This document shows positions 26,435 through 39,748 of a stretch of DNA of 64,000 bases, in pieces; within the stretch, counting starts at the first letter, position 1, and each line of letters opens with the position of its first letter. Made by a program: the position numbers and the translations under genes. The notes under the pieces were generated by a model, which did no database searches, had not been told where the DNA came from, and saw nothing but the letters and a program-made list of their open reading frames with translations. This DNA is from Octopus bimaculoides. Lineage: Eukaryota. The DNA lies in the NCBI RefSeq assembly GCF_001194135.2, contig NC_068990.1, positions 5,154,028 to 5,218,027 on the forward strand, in the 5' to 3' direction.

Positions 26435-27411
26435 TGAGGGTGGGCTGAAAAGTTCAAAGACTGACTATAAAAGAGTGATGCTAGAGCTCTGAAATCTTAC
26501 CTGCATCAATTTCAACTCTTCTTATTAATAGCTGCATTGTTTATTTCCAGGTAAATACACATCTGACTGTTTAAAGATTTCAAATGTAACTATTAGTGAC
26601 TTCTCTTGAAAATGAACAAAATTTAACAAAATGCTGTTAGTAAGTACCTGCAGAAAAGGGGTTTAGACCCCTACGATGTTCATGCTGACAAAGGTGCTAC
26701 ATTAGTGGATGACACTTCAGTTTTATCAACATTGCAAAAGTGGGCAGCTGAATTTAGGAGGAGAAAGGAGAGTCTTGACGATGCCCCGAGGTCTGGACGT
26801 CCTGTAACTGCCACTGTCAAGGAATACATTGATTGTATTCATCACATGGTGATGGATAACTGGCGATTGACTATAAATCAAATAGTCAAAGCTATTAACA
26901 TATCCCAATGAGAGAGTTGAGAATATTCAGCACAATGAACTTGGTATGATGAAGGTTTCTGCTTGGTAGGTGTCATGTCTTCTGATACCTGAGAAAAGAT
27001 GCACCAGGCTGATCACATTGTGAGAAAATCCGACATTGTTTGAGAAAGATCCAACTGGTTTCCTTGAATGCTTCTTAATTCAGAATGAAAGTTGGGTTCA
27101 TCTCTTTGAGCCAGAAACAAAGCAATAATCCATGCAGTGCAAACACCCCCTCCTCACCTACTCCAGAGAAGGCCAGGTTTGTTTCATTTGCAGGGAAGGT
27201 GATAGTCTCAGTTTTTTGGGATGCAAAAAGCATTATGTTTATTGACTATCTTTGAAAGGGCCACACCATCAATGGTGAGCCAGTTATGAAAGGCTATCAA
27301 AGCCAAATAGCCAGAAAAACTGATGAAAGGGGTCTTGTTTCAGCAGGATAATGCTCCAGCACACAAGTCTTTGCTTTCAATGGTTGTTGTGTTTGACTGT
27401 GGCTCTGAACT
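26435..27411 (+). mobile_element. Mariner (DD34D-type) transposon, 3'-truncated pseudogene
   Basis: Left TIR GAGGGTGGGCTGAAAAGTTC; KWAAEFRRRKESLDDAPRSGRP, NESWVH (decayed first D), VFWDAK..FIDYL, QDNAPAH (second D). The third D and right TIR are absent. Confidence 0.9.
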
Positions 27412-27767
27412 AGGTAGAGCTAAGGGTTAGAATGTAGTGTTAGGGTTTCGTGTTAGCACTCAAGATTACAATTTTGGGCTGGGGTAAGGATAAGTTTAAG
27501 CAGAGATTGAAAAGGGATTAAAAAAATTTGAATTTGTGTACAAATCTTTACAAAATCGAACTTGCATATGTTTGGAATTTGGATATCACTGAAAAATATA
27601 TTCTTAAAAGAAGAAAAATAAAAAGACCCACAAAGTGTTCTTAGTCTGAAATTTCGTCGAGGGATTTCTTTTTGAAAAGATTTACTATAAGTTAAATAAA
27701 GAGCTTTGTGATATTACTGTTAATTCTGTGAGTCATTAACTCAGGCAACACCAGGTAATTCAGCTAT
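27412..27767 (+). mobile_element. Possible non-autonomous Helitron 3' segment
   Basis: Ends AACTCAGGCAACACCAGGTAATTCAGCTA(T), like a CpG-decayed GC hairpin plus CTAG terminus; begins abruptly where the mariner stops. Confidence 0.35.
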
Positions 27768-29003
27768 ATATGTATGTACATATATATATATATGCATAGT
27801 TCGAATTCTATTTAACAAATTTCTTACATTGGTATAGGACAGCAAAATTACAGAGTAATGGCTGTTACATACAGGATTGACTCCTCTGTAGCTATTATAT
27901 TGACTTCAGATTAAATACTTTGAAAATGAGGGAGGAAACTAGCTACCCTGTGATTGAAAACACTTTGGATTTTCATTATTGGCGCAAGACTGCACATTCT
28001 GTGTAAGTCAATGCTTGTACCTGAATTGCACTTTATTTCATTGACTTTGAAATGATGGAAAACAAAACTAACCTAGGAAGAATTTGGTTTCAGACTGTAA
28101 AGCTATGCCACTAAATTCTGCAATGTATTTTGCCTGTCTGTCACTCTATCTATTGAGTCAATACATACTGAGATATCTATAATTCATAATTAACAAGAAC
28201 AAAACACAAACTATATAATGACATGAACACAAGGGCAGACACTATTTTACCTCATGTTTGTTTAAACCATTGTGGCTACGGCCATGCTGGAATGCCATCG
28301 TCTATAAAAGCTTACTGAATATTTTATGAAGGATTGTATAAGTTTTCAATACTGTAGTTAACTGACAAAAATACCAAGCCGAAAAGAAGCAAAACAAAAA
28401 TCTTTGTCAGTGAACCTGCATTAGCTGTATATATTCAACCTAACTACATTTTTTATTTCTGACATTTTGAATCACCTCTATTATTAGAATATTTTGTGTG
28501 TATCTCTCAGAAAATTAACTCATCTATTATTTCCAGGAATTTGCTATTGTAATTCATAACATTTATCACTCTTCTACTTCTAAGCATCTTGCTGTTTTGG
28601 AACAATGTTTGCAAATGTTGCTGCAACAATTGTTACTTCTGTCATCGTGAAAAACAAAATTTGTTGTGTTGTTCTATGACTTCATAATATTTAGTATGAT
28701 ATGGTGATATTGAATTCTTAATAAACTTACAGATTTCAGATTACCTTGCATATGAATTTAGTAAGTAGGTTACTCTCATAGTATATTTCATATCCATTGA
28801 AGAAACTGAACTCTTCATTGGAAAATATCCAGTAATTATGTACTGTTTCTTTTGCAGCATTTGATATTGTTGTTGTTATTATCATTGCTTTTATTTTATT
28901 TTTCGAGTTTTGTATTGTGTTTGGTGAATATTAATCCTCTATTTTTCTGTGGCAAGAGAGAGAAAGAATGATTTGTGTACCATGATGCAGAACATCGACC
29001 ATA

Positions 29004-29004
<1 letters not shown>

Positions 29005-29076
<72 letters not shown>

Positions 29077-29195
29077 TATATACATATATACATACATATA
29101 AATACACACATACATATATATATAGATATATACATATACATATATATACATGTATATAAATGTATATATACATATATATAAATATATTTATGTAC

Positions 29196-29227
<32 letters not shown>

Positions 29228-29298
29228 TATATCTATATATATACATACATATATATACATATATATGCACTTATATATACATGTATATATACATATAT
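29005..29298. repeat. Compound (CT)n/(TA)n/(CA,TACA)n microsatellite
   Basis: Seen directly; explains several low-complexity ORFs in the track. Confidence 0.95.
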
Positions 29299-29300
29299 TG

Positions 29301-29681
29301 TACTGGTGGAGTGCTAAGAGCACCGTTCGAGCGTGATCGTTACCAGCATCGCCTTCCTGATACTTGTGCCGGTGGCATGTGAAAAGTCATTCGAGCGAGA
29401 CCATTGCCAGTGCCGCTGGACTAGCTCCTGTGCAGGTGGCACGTAAAATACACCATTTTGAGCATGGCCGTTGCCAGTACCGCCTGACTAGCCTTCGTGC
29501 TGGTGGCACGTAAAAGCACCCACTACACTCTCAGAGTGGTTGGCGTTAGGAAGGGCATCCAGCTGTAGCAACTCTGCCAAATCAGATTGGAGCCTGGTGT
29601 AGCCATCTGGTTTCACCAGTCTTCAGTCAAATCGTCCAACCCATGCTAGCATGGAAAGCGAACGTTAAATGATGATGATGA
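29301..29681 (+). mobile_element. SINE family B, long copy with three ~63-bp internal units
   Basis: Units each end GGTGGCA(C/T)GT(A/G)AAA; tail GGAAAGCGAACGTTAAAT(GAT)n. Confidence 0.85.
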
Positions 29682-29949
29682 TATATACACACATACATCT
29701 ATAAATATATATACATAAATTAATGTGCAAATGGCTGAGTACACCACAAACATGCATACCCTTAAAGTAGTTTTCAGGAAGATCTAGCATCACACAGAAT
29801 GTAACCAGGCTGACCTTTTGAATTTCAGATACAACTCATTTTTGCCAACTGTGTGGCCTTGAGCCATGTGAAATAAAATGTATTGTTTAACGACACAAAG
29901 TGCCTATCATGTTTATGGAAGCCTTTTATCTACTACCTCTCAAATATTA

Positions 29950-30900
29950 GGACTTCATAAGCAATACTTTTCTCATGGTGAAGGCTTTCACATTTACTAA
30001 ACACTTGGCTTCCATCTACACATTGTATACAAACAGTAAAAATTTACCTTCTCCACTTCCTTGGGTTAATTTTTATACACAAAGATATGCCACACTTCAA
30101 TCAAGCAGGATCACTGGTTTTGCCAATGTCCCTTGCGTAACCCTCACTTATCTTCATCAAACATTTAACCATACTCTTTCTACAGAGATTTATCCTGATT
30201 TTTGGAAACAGGCATAAAGAACACTAAATAACTACAACAATGACCAATGGTTCCTTGTGCTTGGAAGATTCTTTGAAAATAAGATTGCTGTATTGCACTT
30301 GACATTAGCATAATCTCTGATTACATCTGACACAAGAACCTAAGCTTGCTCTACTTTGGGTTCCATTCACTAATCATCTCTTGTGTTAGAAGCTTCTTGT
30401 CATTATCCTTTTCCAATCTAGGTACAAGGCCCGAAATTTTGGTGGGAGGGGGCCAGTCAATTAGATCGACCTCACTACGCAACTGGTACTTAATTTATCG
30501 ACTCCAAAAGGATGAAAGGCAAAGTCAACCTCGACGGAATTCAAATTCAGAACATATAGACATACGAAATACCGCTAAGCATTTCACCTGGCATGCTAAC
30601 ATTTCTGTCAGCTCACTGCTTCTTGTCATTATCATACTACTGTAGCCTGTGTTGATAATTCTGAGCCACATTCTATCAACTCGGGTATCTCCTTAGCATC
30701 CATTATATTCCTCAAATTCTCCCTCCTGTACAGTAACAAACTATTTTCTGTCACCTCTAACAGCACTCCCTCCTCTTTAAATGATGTTATTCTTCCTCAT
30801 TTTTATCCTTCTACACACAAGCATCATCTGCATGCAAACTAGACATTTCATGGCAAAGCTACTTTGCCTCTATGGGAAATAATCTCTATTAGAGGCATGA
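29950..30900 (+). mobile_element. Very decayed CR1/Jockey-like LINE RT remnant
   Basis: FNHTLSTEIYPDFWKQA resembles L..G.YP..WK.A; the region near 30290 resembles VALDI.KAFD; NSGISLAS...SVTSN resembles the SGVPQGS region. Split by a SINE. Confidence 0.45.
30408..30618 (-). mobile_element. SINE family C with ~15-bp TSD
   Basis: (G)CTTCTTGTCATTATC at 30392-30407 and 30618-30633 flanks the copy. Confidence 0.85.
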
Positions 30901-31931
30901 TAATCTAGAATCTTTCACAAAGACACTAAAACACAATCACTGTTCATATCAAGAAAATGATCTTGTACATTAACCTCTGAAGTCTTGGACAGCATTTAAA
31001 ATGTGTTCAATGACCCATTAATTAAATTACATTTTCTGAAATTTTTTTTCCTAAAAACATTTTTTCACTTGCTTTCCTATTCTGTCTGGAATATTAATAT
31101 TTTTTATTCTACATTATAATTTCATTCAATCAGACACAAAACACATATTTTATACTAAATTTCCTTGTGAACATTGACAACTGTCCATAATAAGAAGACT
31201 GTTTTGGAAATCAAACTTGTATTTTCTTCCTTTTTTTTTTACTGTGTAGTATTCATTTCATTCATAAAAATAAAACATTTTATACTTAATTATACCTAAA
31301 TAAAAATATCCTATGCTTCAAAATCACAGCAAATATGATGACCTTTCCTTGTGATCCCATTTACACAGTATAGATTACTTTGCAACTCAAAGGTTAATAT
31401 TCTCTTGAGAGCCAGAAAATAATTTAGCTCTGATCAATTCTGACCCTCTACACAGGTAAGACCTACAATGAAATATTGTTCCCATACAGGGCACAAACTG
31501 TTGCTTTGTATCCTAACAACTTAAATTACATCTTAAAGAAGGTCGTTCAACTCTGTGTATGTATGTATGTATATATATATAAAAATATATATATAAATAT
31601 ATATGTGTGTATATATGTATGTATATAATACAATGCATATGTATTGCATGGTGTACATCATAATTAGCCTTAGTGGGGTACTTTTCATTCACAAAAAGTG
31701 CTCAATAAATATTGATATAAATCACGAATTGTAATTTATATGAACAAATTATGAATAAATTCAGAATATAGCATAAGTTCAATTCAATAAGGGAATAGAT
31801 TGAAACAACTAACTTCTGATACATGGTATGAAAGAAATATACGTTATGTTTTTAGTTCTTAGCAAATCAAATATGTATGAATCCATTAGTGTAGCAATAA
31901 CAGAGTGACAAATGCTACAAGTACAATGTGA

Positions 31932-32800
31932 AAACTATAGCATCGGATTTACCAAAGCCTTGTGAGTAGATCTGGTAGATGGAAACTGAATGAATCTTAT
32001 CATATGTATATATATATATATATATATATNNNNNNNNNNNNNNNNNNNNNNNNNNNNNNNNNNNNNNNNNNNNNNNNNNNNNNNNNNNNNNNNNNNNNNN
32101 NNNNNNNNNNNNNNNNNNNNNNNNNNNNNNNNNNNNNNNNNNNNNNNNNNNNNNNNNNNNNNNNNNNNNNNNNNNNNNNNNNNNNNNNNNNNNNNNNNNN
32201 NNNNNNNNNNNNNNNNNNNNNNNNNNNNNNNNNNNNNNNNNNNNNNNNNNNNNNNNNNNNNNNNNNNNNNNNNNNNNNNNNNNNNNNNNNNNNNNNNNNN
32301 NNNNNNNNNNNNNNNNNNNNNNNNNNNNNNNNNNNNNNNNNNNNNNNNNNNNNNNNNNNNNNNNNNNNNNNNNNNNNNNNNNNNNNNNNNNNNNNNNNNN
32401 NNNNNNNNNNNNNNNNNNNNNNNNNNNNNNNNNNNNNNNNNNNNNNNNNNNNNNNNNNNNNNNNNNNNNNNNNNNNNNNNNNNNNNNNNNNNNNNNNNNN
32501 NNNNNNNNNNNNNNNNNNNNNNNNNNNNNNNNNNNNNNNNNNNNNNNNNNNNNNNNNNNNATATATATATACATATATATTCAATGTGTGTGTTTTTGTG
32601 TCCGTGTTTGTCCCCCATCACTGCTTAACAGCTGGTGTTGGTATGATTGTGTCTCTGTAACTTAGTGGTTCAGCAAAAGAGACCAATGGAATAGATACTA
32701 GGCTTCAAAGGATTAGTACTGTGATTGATTCATTCAGCTAAAAATTCAAGGTGGTGCCCCAGCATGGCCACTGTCTAATAACTGAAACAAGTAAAAGGAT
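31932..32800 (+). mobile_element. SINE family A spanning a gap at its central microsatellite
   Basis: ACCAAAGCCTTGTGAGTAGATCTGGTAG before the gap; GTTTGTCCCC...CCAGCATGGCC...CTGAAACAAGTAAAAG after it. Confidence 0.8.
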
Positions 32801-32814
32801 ACACAAGAGAAGAC

Positions 32815-33060
32815 TGCAGCATGGATATGGATATGTGGTTATATGGAGAATGATAGTTTGGGAAATGAGTAGATAAAGAAGTGCACAAAAGAGGGAAATT
32901 GATGTGAGTTGAAGAAGTAAGGAGGGATCCCAGATTACAAGATCCTAGAAAGGAGATGATGAAAGAACATGATGAGTGGAGAGATGCTGTGTTGGAACAG
33001 ATTTATTCAACTTAAACCATTCAAAAGGTGGACATAAAAATGTGAACAGTGACAATGATA
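32815..33060 (+). mobile_element. RTE-like LINE 3' end (decayed)
   Basis: Resembles the RTE C-terminus (L.WYGHV.R...W..D..WR) and ends with a GGACATAAAAATG tail like that of family B SINEs. Confidence 0.45.
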
Positions 33061-33429
33061 ATAGAATATCAGAACATATTAGGACTCATTTAGTCAAGTG
33101 TATATTCTTTTATAAAACTAATTTATTTTCATACTTAAGAAGAAATGAGTATTAGACAGGTAAACAAGAAAATGCAAGTTCATATTTCAAAACTATATTT
33201 CCTATTATGGATTAATGTTCCCAATGAGGTTTAGAATAAAGTATGTGTTTTTGTGTTTGTTTGAACGAAATTATAATGTGGAATAGAAAATATATTAATA
33301 TTCTAGACAGAATAGGAAATCAAGTAGAAAAAAAATGATTTTTGGGAAAAAGTTTTTTTTTCAGAAAACATAATTTAATTAATGGGTCATTGAACACATT
33401 TTTCTCTCTTGTATAGTGTTTGCTCAAAG

Positions 33430-33475
<46 letters not shown>

Positions 33476-34584
33476 TTACACGCATATATATCTTCTTATA
33501 TGTTGAAATTACCAAAAATCAAAATTCTGATATACTTTGATCATGTTTAACCATTTATGTTTGCTGAAAAGATACTGATATCAATATGAACAACATCAAC
33601 ACAAAGTGAAATAAATAAATAAATTACAAATAACAACATATAAGCAGATATATATAAATAAATATTAAAAAAAATAAAAGACAGACAGTTCAAAGCTTCC
33701 ATGGTAAAAATCAACAATTGGTTATACAAGAATTATTAATTTTAAGCGGAAGGTGGGGTGGGGTGGTGGTAGCAAAGACAAAATAAATAAATGAAATAAA
33801 TGAAAGTAAGGAAGGAAAGAAAGATAGAAAAACATATTTATATGCTAATAATGATCTGGTACAATGTAATATAACTTTACTGGCCCTTGCTTCTATGTAT
33901 TGCAATAAATCAAATCTAATTCATCCAAGTTGTCAGATAGAAATGGAATGCTATGGAAGTTGAAAAATATCTGCAAAATCAACTTTACAGAGTGCTTAAA
34001 ATATTAAACCAATAGAAGCATATAATAGTGAGTAATCAGCTAAATAAAATTTCCATAAATCAAAACAACAAAAGAAACAAAAAAAAAACGGGAAAAAAGA
34101 ACTACTCTGAAAAATATTTTAAATGGCAACATAGGATCTTACGATGGTTCCTTATCATAGACATCAGTTATATATTGTTACAGTCGTGTTTATTATGTTA
34201 AATTGCTTGGATAATCTCAGATGATCGAAATATTTTTCAACTAACTGTGAGACCCAACCATGAGTTTTATTACATTATACTATGTTACTCAACTCCTGTA
34301 AGTTTTTAGTTTCATGTATTCTCTCATCTGAACTGATACTCTAGCCCATTCACGCACTGATATCTTTGGAAAGCAAATATATTTTGCCTCATTGGTTATT
34401 CTGAAGGATTCCCAACTTAAGATTTGTGGTTGTAAATCTCTGAGTAATAGAAAAGGACACATATATGCGTATATGTATATCTATCTATCTATCAATCAAT
34501 CTATCTATCTATTTGTCTGTCTGTCTGTCTGTCTGTCTGACTGTCTGTCTGTCTGTCTGTAGATGAATATGTACATTTTGGTTT

Positions 34585-34762
34585 CAAATTTTGGCTCAAG
34601 GCCAGCAATTTTGGGGGAGGGAATAAATTGATTGCATCAACCCCAGTGTTCAACTGATTCTTATTTTATCAATCCCTGAAAGATGAAATGGAAAGTCGAC
34701 CTTGACAGATTTTGATCTCAGAAAATACCTGGCATGATAATAATTCTGCTAGCTCACTGCCT
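34585..34762 (-). mobile_element. SINE family C (decayed)
   Basis: GAAAGTCGACCTTGACAG...CTGCTAGCTCACTGCC. Confidence 0.7.
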
Positions 34763-35142
34763 TCATGAATATATACATATTCATATATAAATATATGTCA
34801 CTCTCTCTCTCTCTCTTTATATATATATATATATATACATAATTATATATATATATATATATATNNNNNNNNNNNNNNNNNNNNNNNNNNNNNNNNNNNN
34901 NNNNNNNNNNNNNNNNNNNNNNNNNNNNNNNNNNNNNNNNNNNNNNNNNNNNNNNNNNNNNNNNNNNNNNNNNNNNNNNNNNNNNNNNNNNNNNNNNNNN
35001 NNNNNNNNNNNNNNNNNNNNNNNNNNNNNNNNNNNNNNNNNNNNNNNNNNNNNNNNNNNNNNNNNNNNNNNNNNNNNNNNNNNNNNNNNNNNNNNNNNNN
35101 NNNNNNNNNNNNNNNNNNNNNNNNNNNNNNNNNNNNNNNNNN

Positions 35143-35201
<59 letters not shown>

Positions 35202-36054
35202 TATAAAACTGAAAGCTATCCTGTGATGGGGTTCTCCATAGTTCTTATTGATTAAACTCAAGTTGACTCTGATTGAGTAGCCTTATAGCTGAAAGTGTTC
35301 TAACTATGAACATCCCATCTTTGATCTAGCATCAAGAACTGCATTATCCAATGTCCATGTATATCTTCTTAAATTTCAGGATGGTAGAGTGTAATTTAAG
35401 GAATATTTAGATGTTATTTCTTGCAAGCCGAATGGCTACATAAAGGCTCTCTCTCACTAGTTTGTTGTTCTCTTGTGTATTAGCTGAAAATATCACAATG
35501 AATATATCATACATACATGGCATACATTTATTTCCTCATATTGCTTTTCTCAAACATTTCAAATGGTTTAAAACTCTCACACTCATGAATTAAATATATT
35601 TCTCATTTGCCATCAGCTGAAAAAAAAATTCAGTCTTCCTGCATATATAATATTTTGAGGGTAATCTTATATGCATAAGACAGAATAGAGTCTTATGATG
35701 ATTTTATATGATGGATATTAATAATTGTTTCTAATATAGGCACAAGGTGTGGAGTTTGGGTAAAGGGGTTAGTCAATTGCATCAACTCAGTACGTGACTA
35801 ATACTTAACTTTATTGATGAAATTCATCGTGGGATGAAACTCAAATTTGAACTCTGAATAGAGCAACACAACTTAATACCTCAAGGTACTTTCTCTGATG
35901 CTTTGCTAGTTCAGTCAATTGATTGTCCTTCGATGAATATTCATAATACATTGTTATACTGGTAATTATGTTATGATTAAATATGTTACATTGCTTGGAT
36001 GTCTATTGAGCACCATAGTCCAATTGTCTGTTCTTTGTAGACCATCGTTTAACA

Positions 36055-36450
36055 CTTTTGTTGTGCGGCTGTGTGGTAAGAAGCTTCCTTCCCAGCCACA
36101 TGGTTCCAGGTTCAGTCCCATGTGTGGCACTTTAGGCAAGTGTGGTCTACTCTATAACCCTGAGCCAAGTGGAGTTGGTTGACACAAACGGAAAGCCTGC
36201 CCCCCCACACACACACACACGTGTGTATGTGTGTGTATGTATATCTTTGTACTTGTGTTTGTCCCCACCACCACTTGATAACTGGTGTTGGTCATTTTAC
36301 ATCACCATAATTTAACAGTTTGATGAAAGAGATCAACAGAATAAGTACTAGACTTAAACATAAGTCCTGTGGTCAATTTGTTCAGCAAAAACACTTCAAG
36401 GCAGTGCCCTGGTATATCTGCAGTCCAACGATTCAACCAAGTAGAAGATT
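36055..36450 (+). mobile_element. SINE family A
   Basis: GGCTGTGTGGTAAGAAGCTTCC...GGTTCAGTCCC...GTTTGTCCCC... Confidence 0.8.
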
Positions 36451-36499
36451 TTCTGCTTATGAATGAAGGGAACTGATTATAAATCAAATCTGTGTAAAA

Positions 36500-36680
36500 T
36501 TATGAATTCATAGACTGGATTATGAATGTGTAGAATGGATAATAAATTCATGGAAAAGATTATGAATTGGGTCTTTTGGATTATGAATACTTTGAATAGA
36601 TTATGAATCCATAGAATGGATTAGGAATTCTTAGAGTGGATTATAAATTCATAGAATGGATAATAAATCTATAGAACAGA
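36500..36680. repeat. Degenerate ~20-bp minisatellite (consensus ~GGATTATGAATTCATAGAAT), about 9 units
   Basis: Seen directly. Confidence 0.85.
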
Positions 36681-38889
36681 TGATGGAACAATTTTGAAGT
36701 GCAGGTGTACAGAAAAAAAATAACCATCATCTATTTTCTAGCAACAAAGACTGGAAGAACATAGTGAGGCACCAGTGTAATGATGTAGAAGTTAAATCTA
36801 TAAACCCAAAGGATGCAACAACTACTAGTTATTGAGTTAATCTACATAGAATTCAGACTGTTTTACATATCCTATCCAGCAAGTTAGGAATGTTAGAGAC
36901 TGAATATAAAACTAATTTAAACATTCCAGTCATGAATGTACACACAAACACATGCATGTGTATGCACAGATAGACATTACACATTCACACACACACTGCA
37001 TGCATAAACACACACACACACACACATGTACAAATATACATGTCATTTGTATTGGTAGTAGTAGCTGTGTAGTGAATACAAGACATTGGACATTTCTGTA
37101 CTTGAACTCTAGTTATATGTTGGTTTCACTGCTTGTTTGTTTTTTTTTTCTCGTTTTCTTTTTTGTTTTGGCATATTTATGATTACATTTTTCTGGGCAT
37201 CCTTTATTTGTAAGACAGTAAAATGTTATTCAACTGACATGTGGCTACTATTTCTGGCAGGTTTAGTGACTATGTAGATACTCCACATTGGGCCATTAAA
37301 TTTTGGTATTTGCTACTAGTGATTTTAATGGAGGATAGATCAGATCTAATAATGTTTTATATATAAATAGAAAAGAAAAAACCTTGTGATGATATTGAGT
37401 AATGTTTCTAAAAAATTTTTATGAAACTGAAGAACATTTTAACTGAATAATTATAAGTCATGATATTACAAATACAAGAAACTAGATTAGATTCTTGGTT
37501 AAAATATTCATGAAGAAATGTTTTTCCTATTTTTTCAAGAAGTGATTTACAATTCTTAAGGCGCATGTGATATAAGGATTTGATAAATTTAGTTAATAAT
37601 AACATATGAAACCAATAGCGAAAACATATTTTGACTTTTATGAATATTGATTGGAAACTGAATAAAGCAAATGAGAAGTGATTGGTTTCCAAGTTTCTCT
37701 AACATAACTCTGCAATATAGTCAGTTCTTAAATCAAATGTTGTAGAAATTGAGTGTTTACTTTCCTTGATGAAAGATTAGTAATGAGGTTTAGTCAGCAA
37801 TCAGGGATGAAATAACCTTCAAGGTTGACTGCATATGTATTTAAAGATGGAATGTGATGAGTCAAATAATGATAGAATGGATATAAAAAGTATTAAGGTG
37901 CAGAAGCTAGAATAGTAATGAGAGAAGACGCCAAGAAATGCAGTTTCAATGGACAAGGAAATGGAAATTATCTGTAAAGATGTTTCTTCACATAAATAGC
38001 CAAAGTACTGTCTTGATAATAATGTCTTAGATATTAATACTACTCTCCCATAGCTCATGAGAGGAATTAAGCAAAGTACTGGAAATAAAAGCATCACATC
38101 ACCCTTGATAGAACATTGAATCACCTGCCCCCAAGGTCTCATCTTTGTGTGGTGCGTGAAGTACAAATAGGCTCTGTTGAACCTGTCTATTGTCACCACC
38201 ACCACCACCACCACCACCATCATCCTCACCATCATCACCACATGTTTCTCAATCCTGGCATGGAACTGGATGGTTTGATAGTAGCTGGCAATCCAAAAGG
38301 TTGTATCAAGCTCCATTGTCTGCCTTGGTATGGTTTCTATTGCTTGATGCCCTTTCTAACACTAACTCCTTAACAGAGTGTACTGGGTTCTCTCCAAATT
38401 ATTGACTACACATCTAAACCCCATGTACCAAGAAATAAGTGAAGCGAAAAGAAACAAGTAAAAATTGAATAGGAAACACATACCAAGAAAGTAAGGGCTT
38501 GCCAACATATAATGTGCTTATAAGTTTGCAGGTTCGATTTCTAAACTAAGCAGCTTACTGTGTCTTTGAGCAAGGCATTTCATTTCATGCTTCTCCTGCC
38601 CATACAACGAATGTAATGAGTACCAACCAGGTTGTTGTTGCAGCACTTTCTCCTACCAGTTGTCATACCCATAAAATTCCGTTGGAGTCAAGTGTGAAGT
38701 AGATGAGAGCGTGTCTATGCCTGCTCACAGATATATAGAAACGTAAAACAATAATCAAAAGTATAATACATGTTGACACACCATACTTGCTCATAAGTAA
38801 CACTTGATCATATTGTTGTGTTACATTTATTATGAGTTAAGGACATGACATAAGGATTAATTTAAATAGTTGTGAATTCAATAATTATA

Positions 38890-39108
38890 CAAGAGGGTGC
38901 TGAAAAGTTCCTGACTTTGAGAAAAAGAAAATACAGGAGGATCATTTAATTATGATTTTATTTAACATATTCTCCTCTCAGATTCACACACTTATTGCAA
39001 CAGTCCTTCAGTTTTTCTAAGCCCTGTAAAAGAACTTAGAAGTTTGGGCCCCTTCAACCAGGCCTTTTGGGATACTCTTAAAACTAGGAACTTTTCAGCA
39101 CCCTCTTA
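38890..39108 (-). mobile_element. Complete mariner-derived MITE (219 bp)
   Basis: TIRs CAAGAGGGTGCTGAAAAGTTCCT / AGGAACTTTTCAGCACCCTCTTA; TA duplication at 38888-38889 and 39109-39110. Confidence 0.92.
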
Positions 39109-39365
39109 TACAATTATGCTACAGCTAATGTGGGTTTGTCAAGTATTTATATTAATCTATAATATCTAATTAATGTTTAAGGGCCTGAGCCAGCAAGAAT
39201 TAGATCTTTCTGCTAGAGATGCAGCTAGAACCAGTAATAAGACTTAAATTGTCAACCCCTCATTTAGTATACAAATGAAACAACCAACAGTAGTTAGCAG
39301 CTGTAAGATGACCCTCAATAAACTATCATCAAAATTTAAGGATCTCAGTGTATGAGGAAGACAGT

Positions 39366-39748
39366 TGTTGTTGGCACTCCGTCGCTTACGACGTCGAGGG
39401 TTCCAGTTGATCCGATCAACGGAACAGCCTGCTCATGAAATTAACGTGCAAGTGGCTGAGCACTCCACACACACGTGTACCCTTAACGTAGTTCTCGGGG
39501 ATATTCAGCGTGACACAGTGTGACAAGGCTGACCCTTTGAATTACAGGCACAACAGAAACAGGAAGTAAGAGTGAGAGAAAGTTGTGGTGAAAGAGTACA
39601 GCAGGGTTCGCCACCATCCCCTGCCAGAGCCTCATGGAGCTTTAGGTGTTTTCGCTCAATAAACACTCACAATGCCCAGTCTGGGAATTGAAACCGCGAT
39701 CCTATGACCGCGAGTCCGCTGCCCTAACCACTGGGCCATTGCACCTCC
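39366..39748 (-). mobile_element. Full-length young tRNA-derived SINE (family D type)
   Basis: Exact 12-bp TSD GAGGAAGACAGT (39354-39365, 39749-39760). Minus-strand A box TGGCCCAGTGG, B-box-like GGTTTCAATTCCC, (CAA)n tail; CpGs preserved. Confidence 0.95.

Larger units (their letters stand above)
30998..33402. repeat. Pair of ~280-bp inverted repeats (30998-31275 and 33120-33402)
   Basis: AAAATGTGTTCAATGACCCATTAATTAAATTA..TTTTCTGAAA... aligns by eye with the reverse complement of the right copy at roughly 80% identity. Confidence 0.85.

Noticed and set aside
27418-27445. TTAGGG-like motifs as interstitial telomere
   Set aside because: Only isolated imperfect units, with no true array.
39660-39748. 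tRNA gene
   Set aside because: It has A/B boxes but continues into a SINE body bounded by a TSD; no complete cloverleaf.
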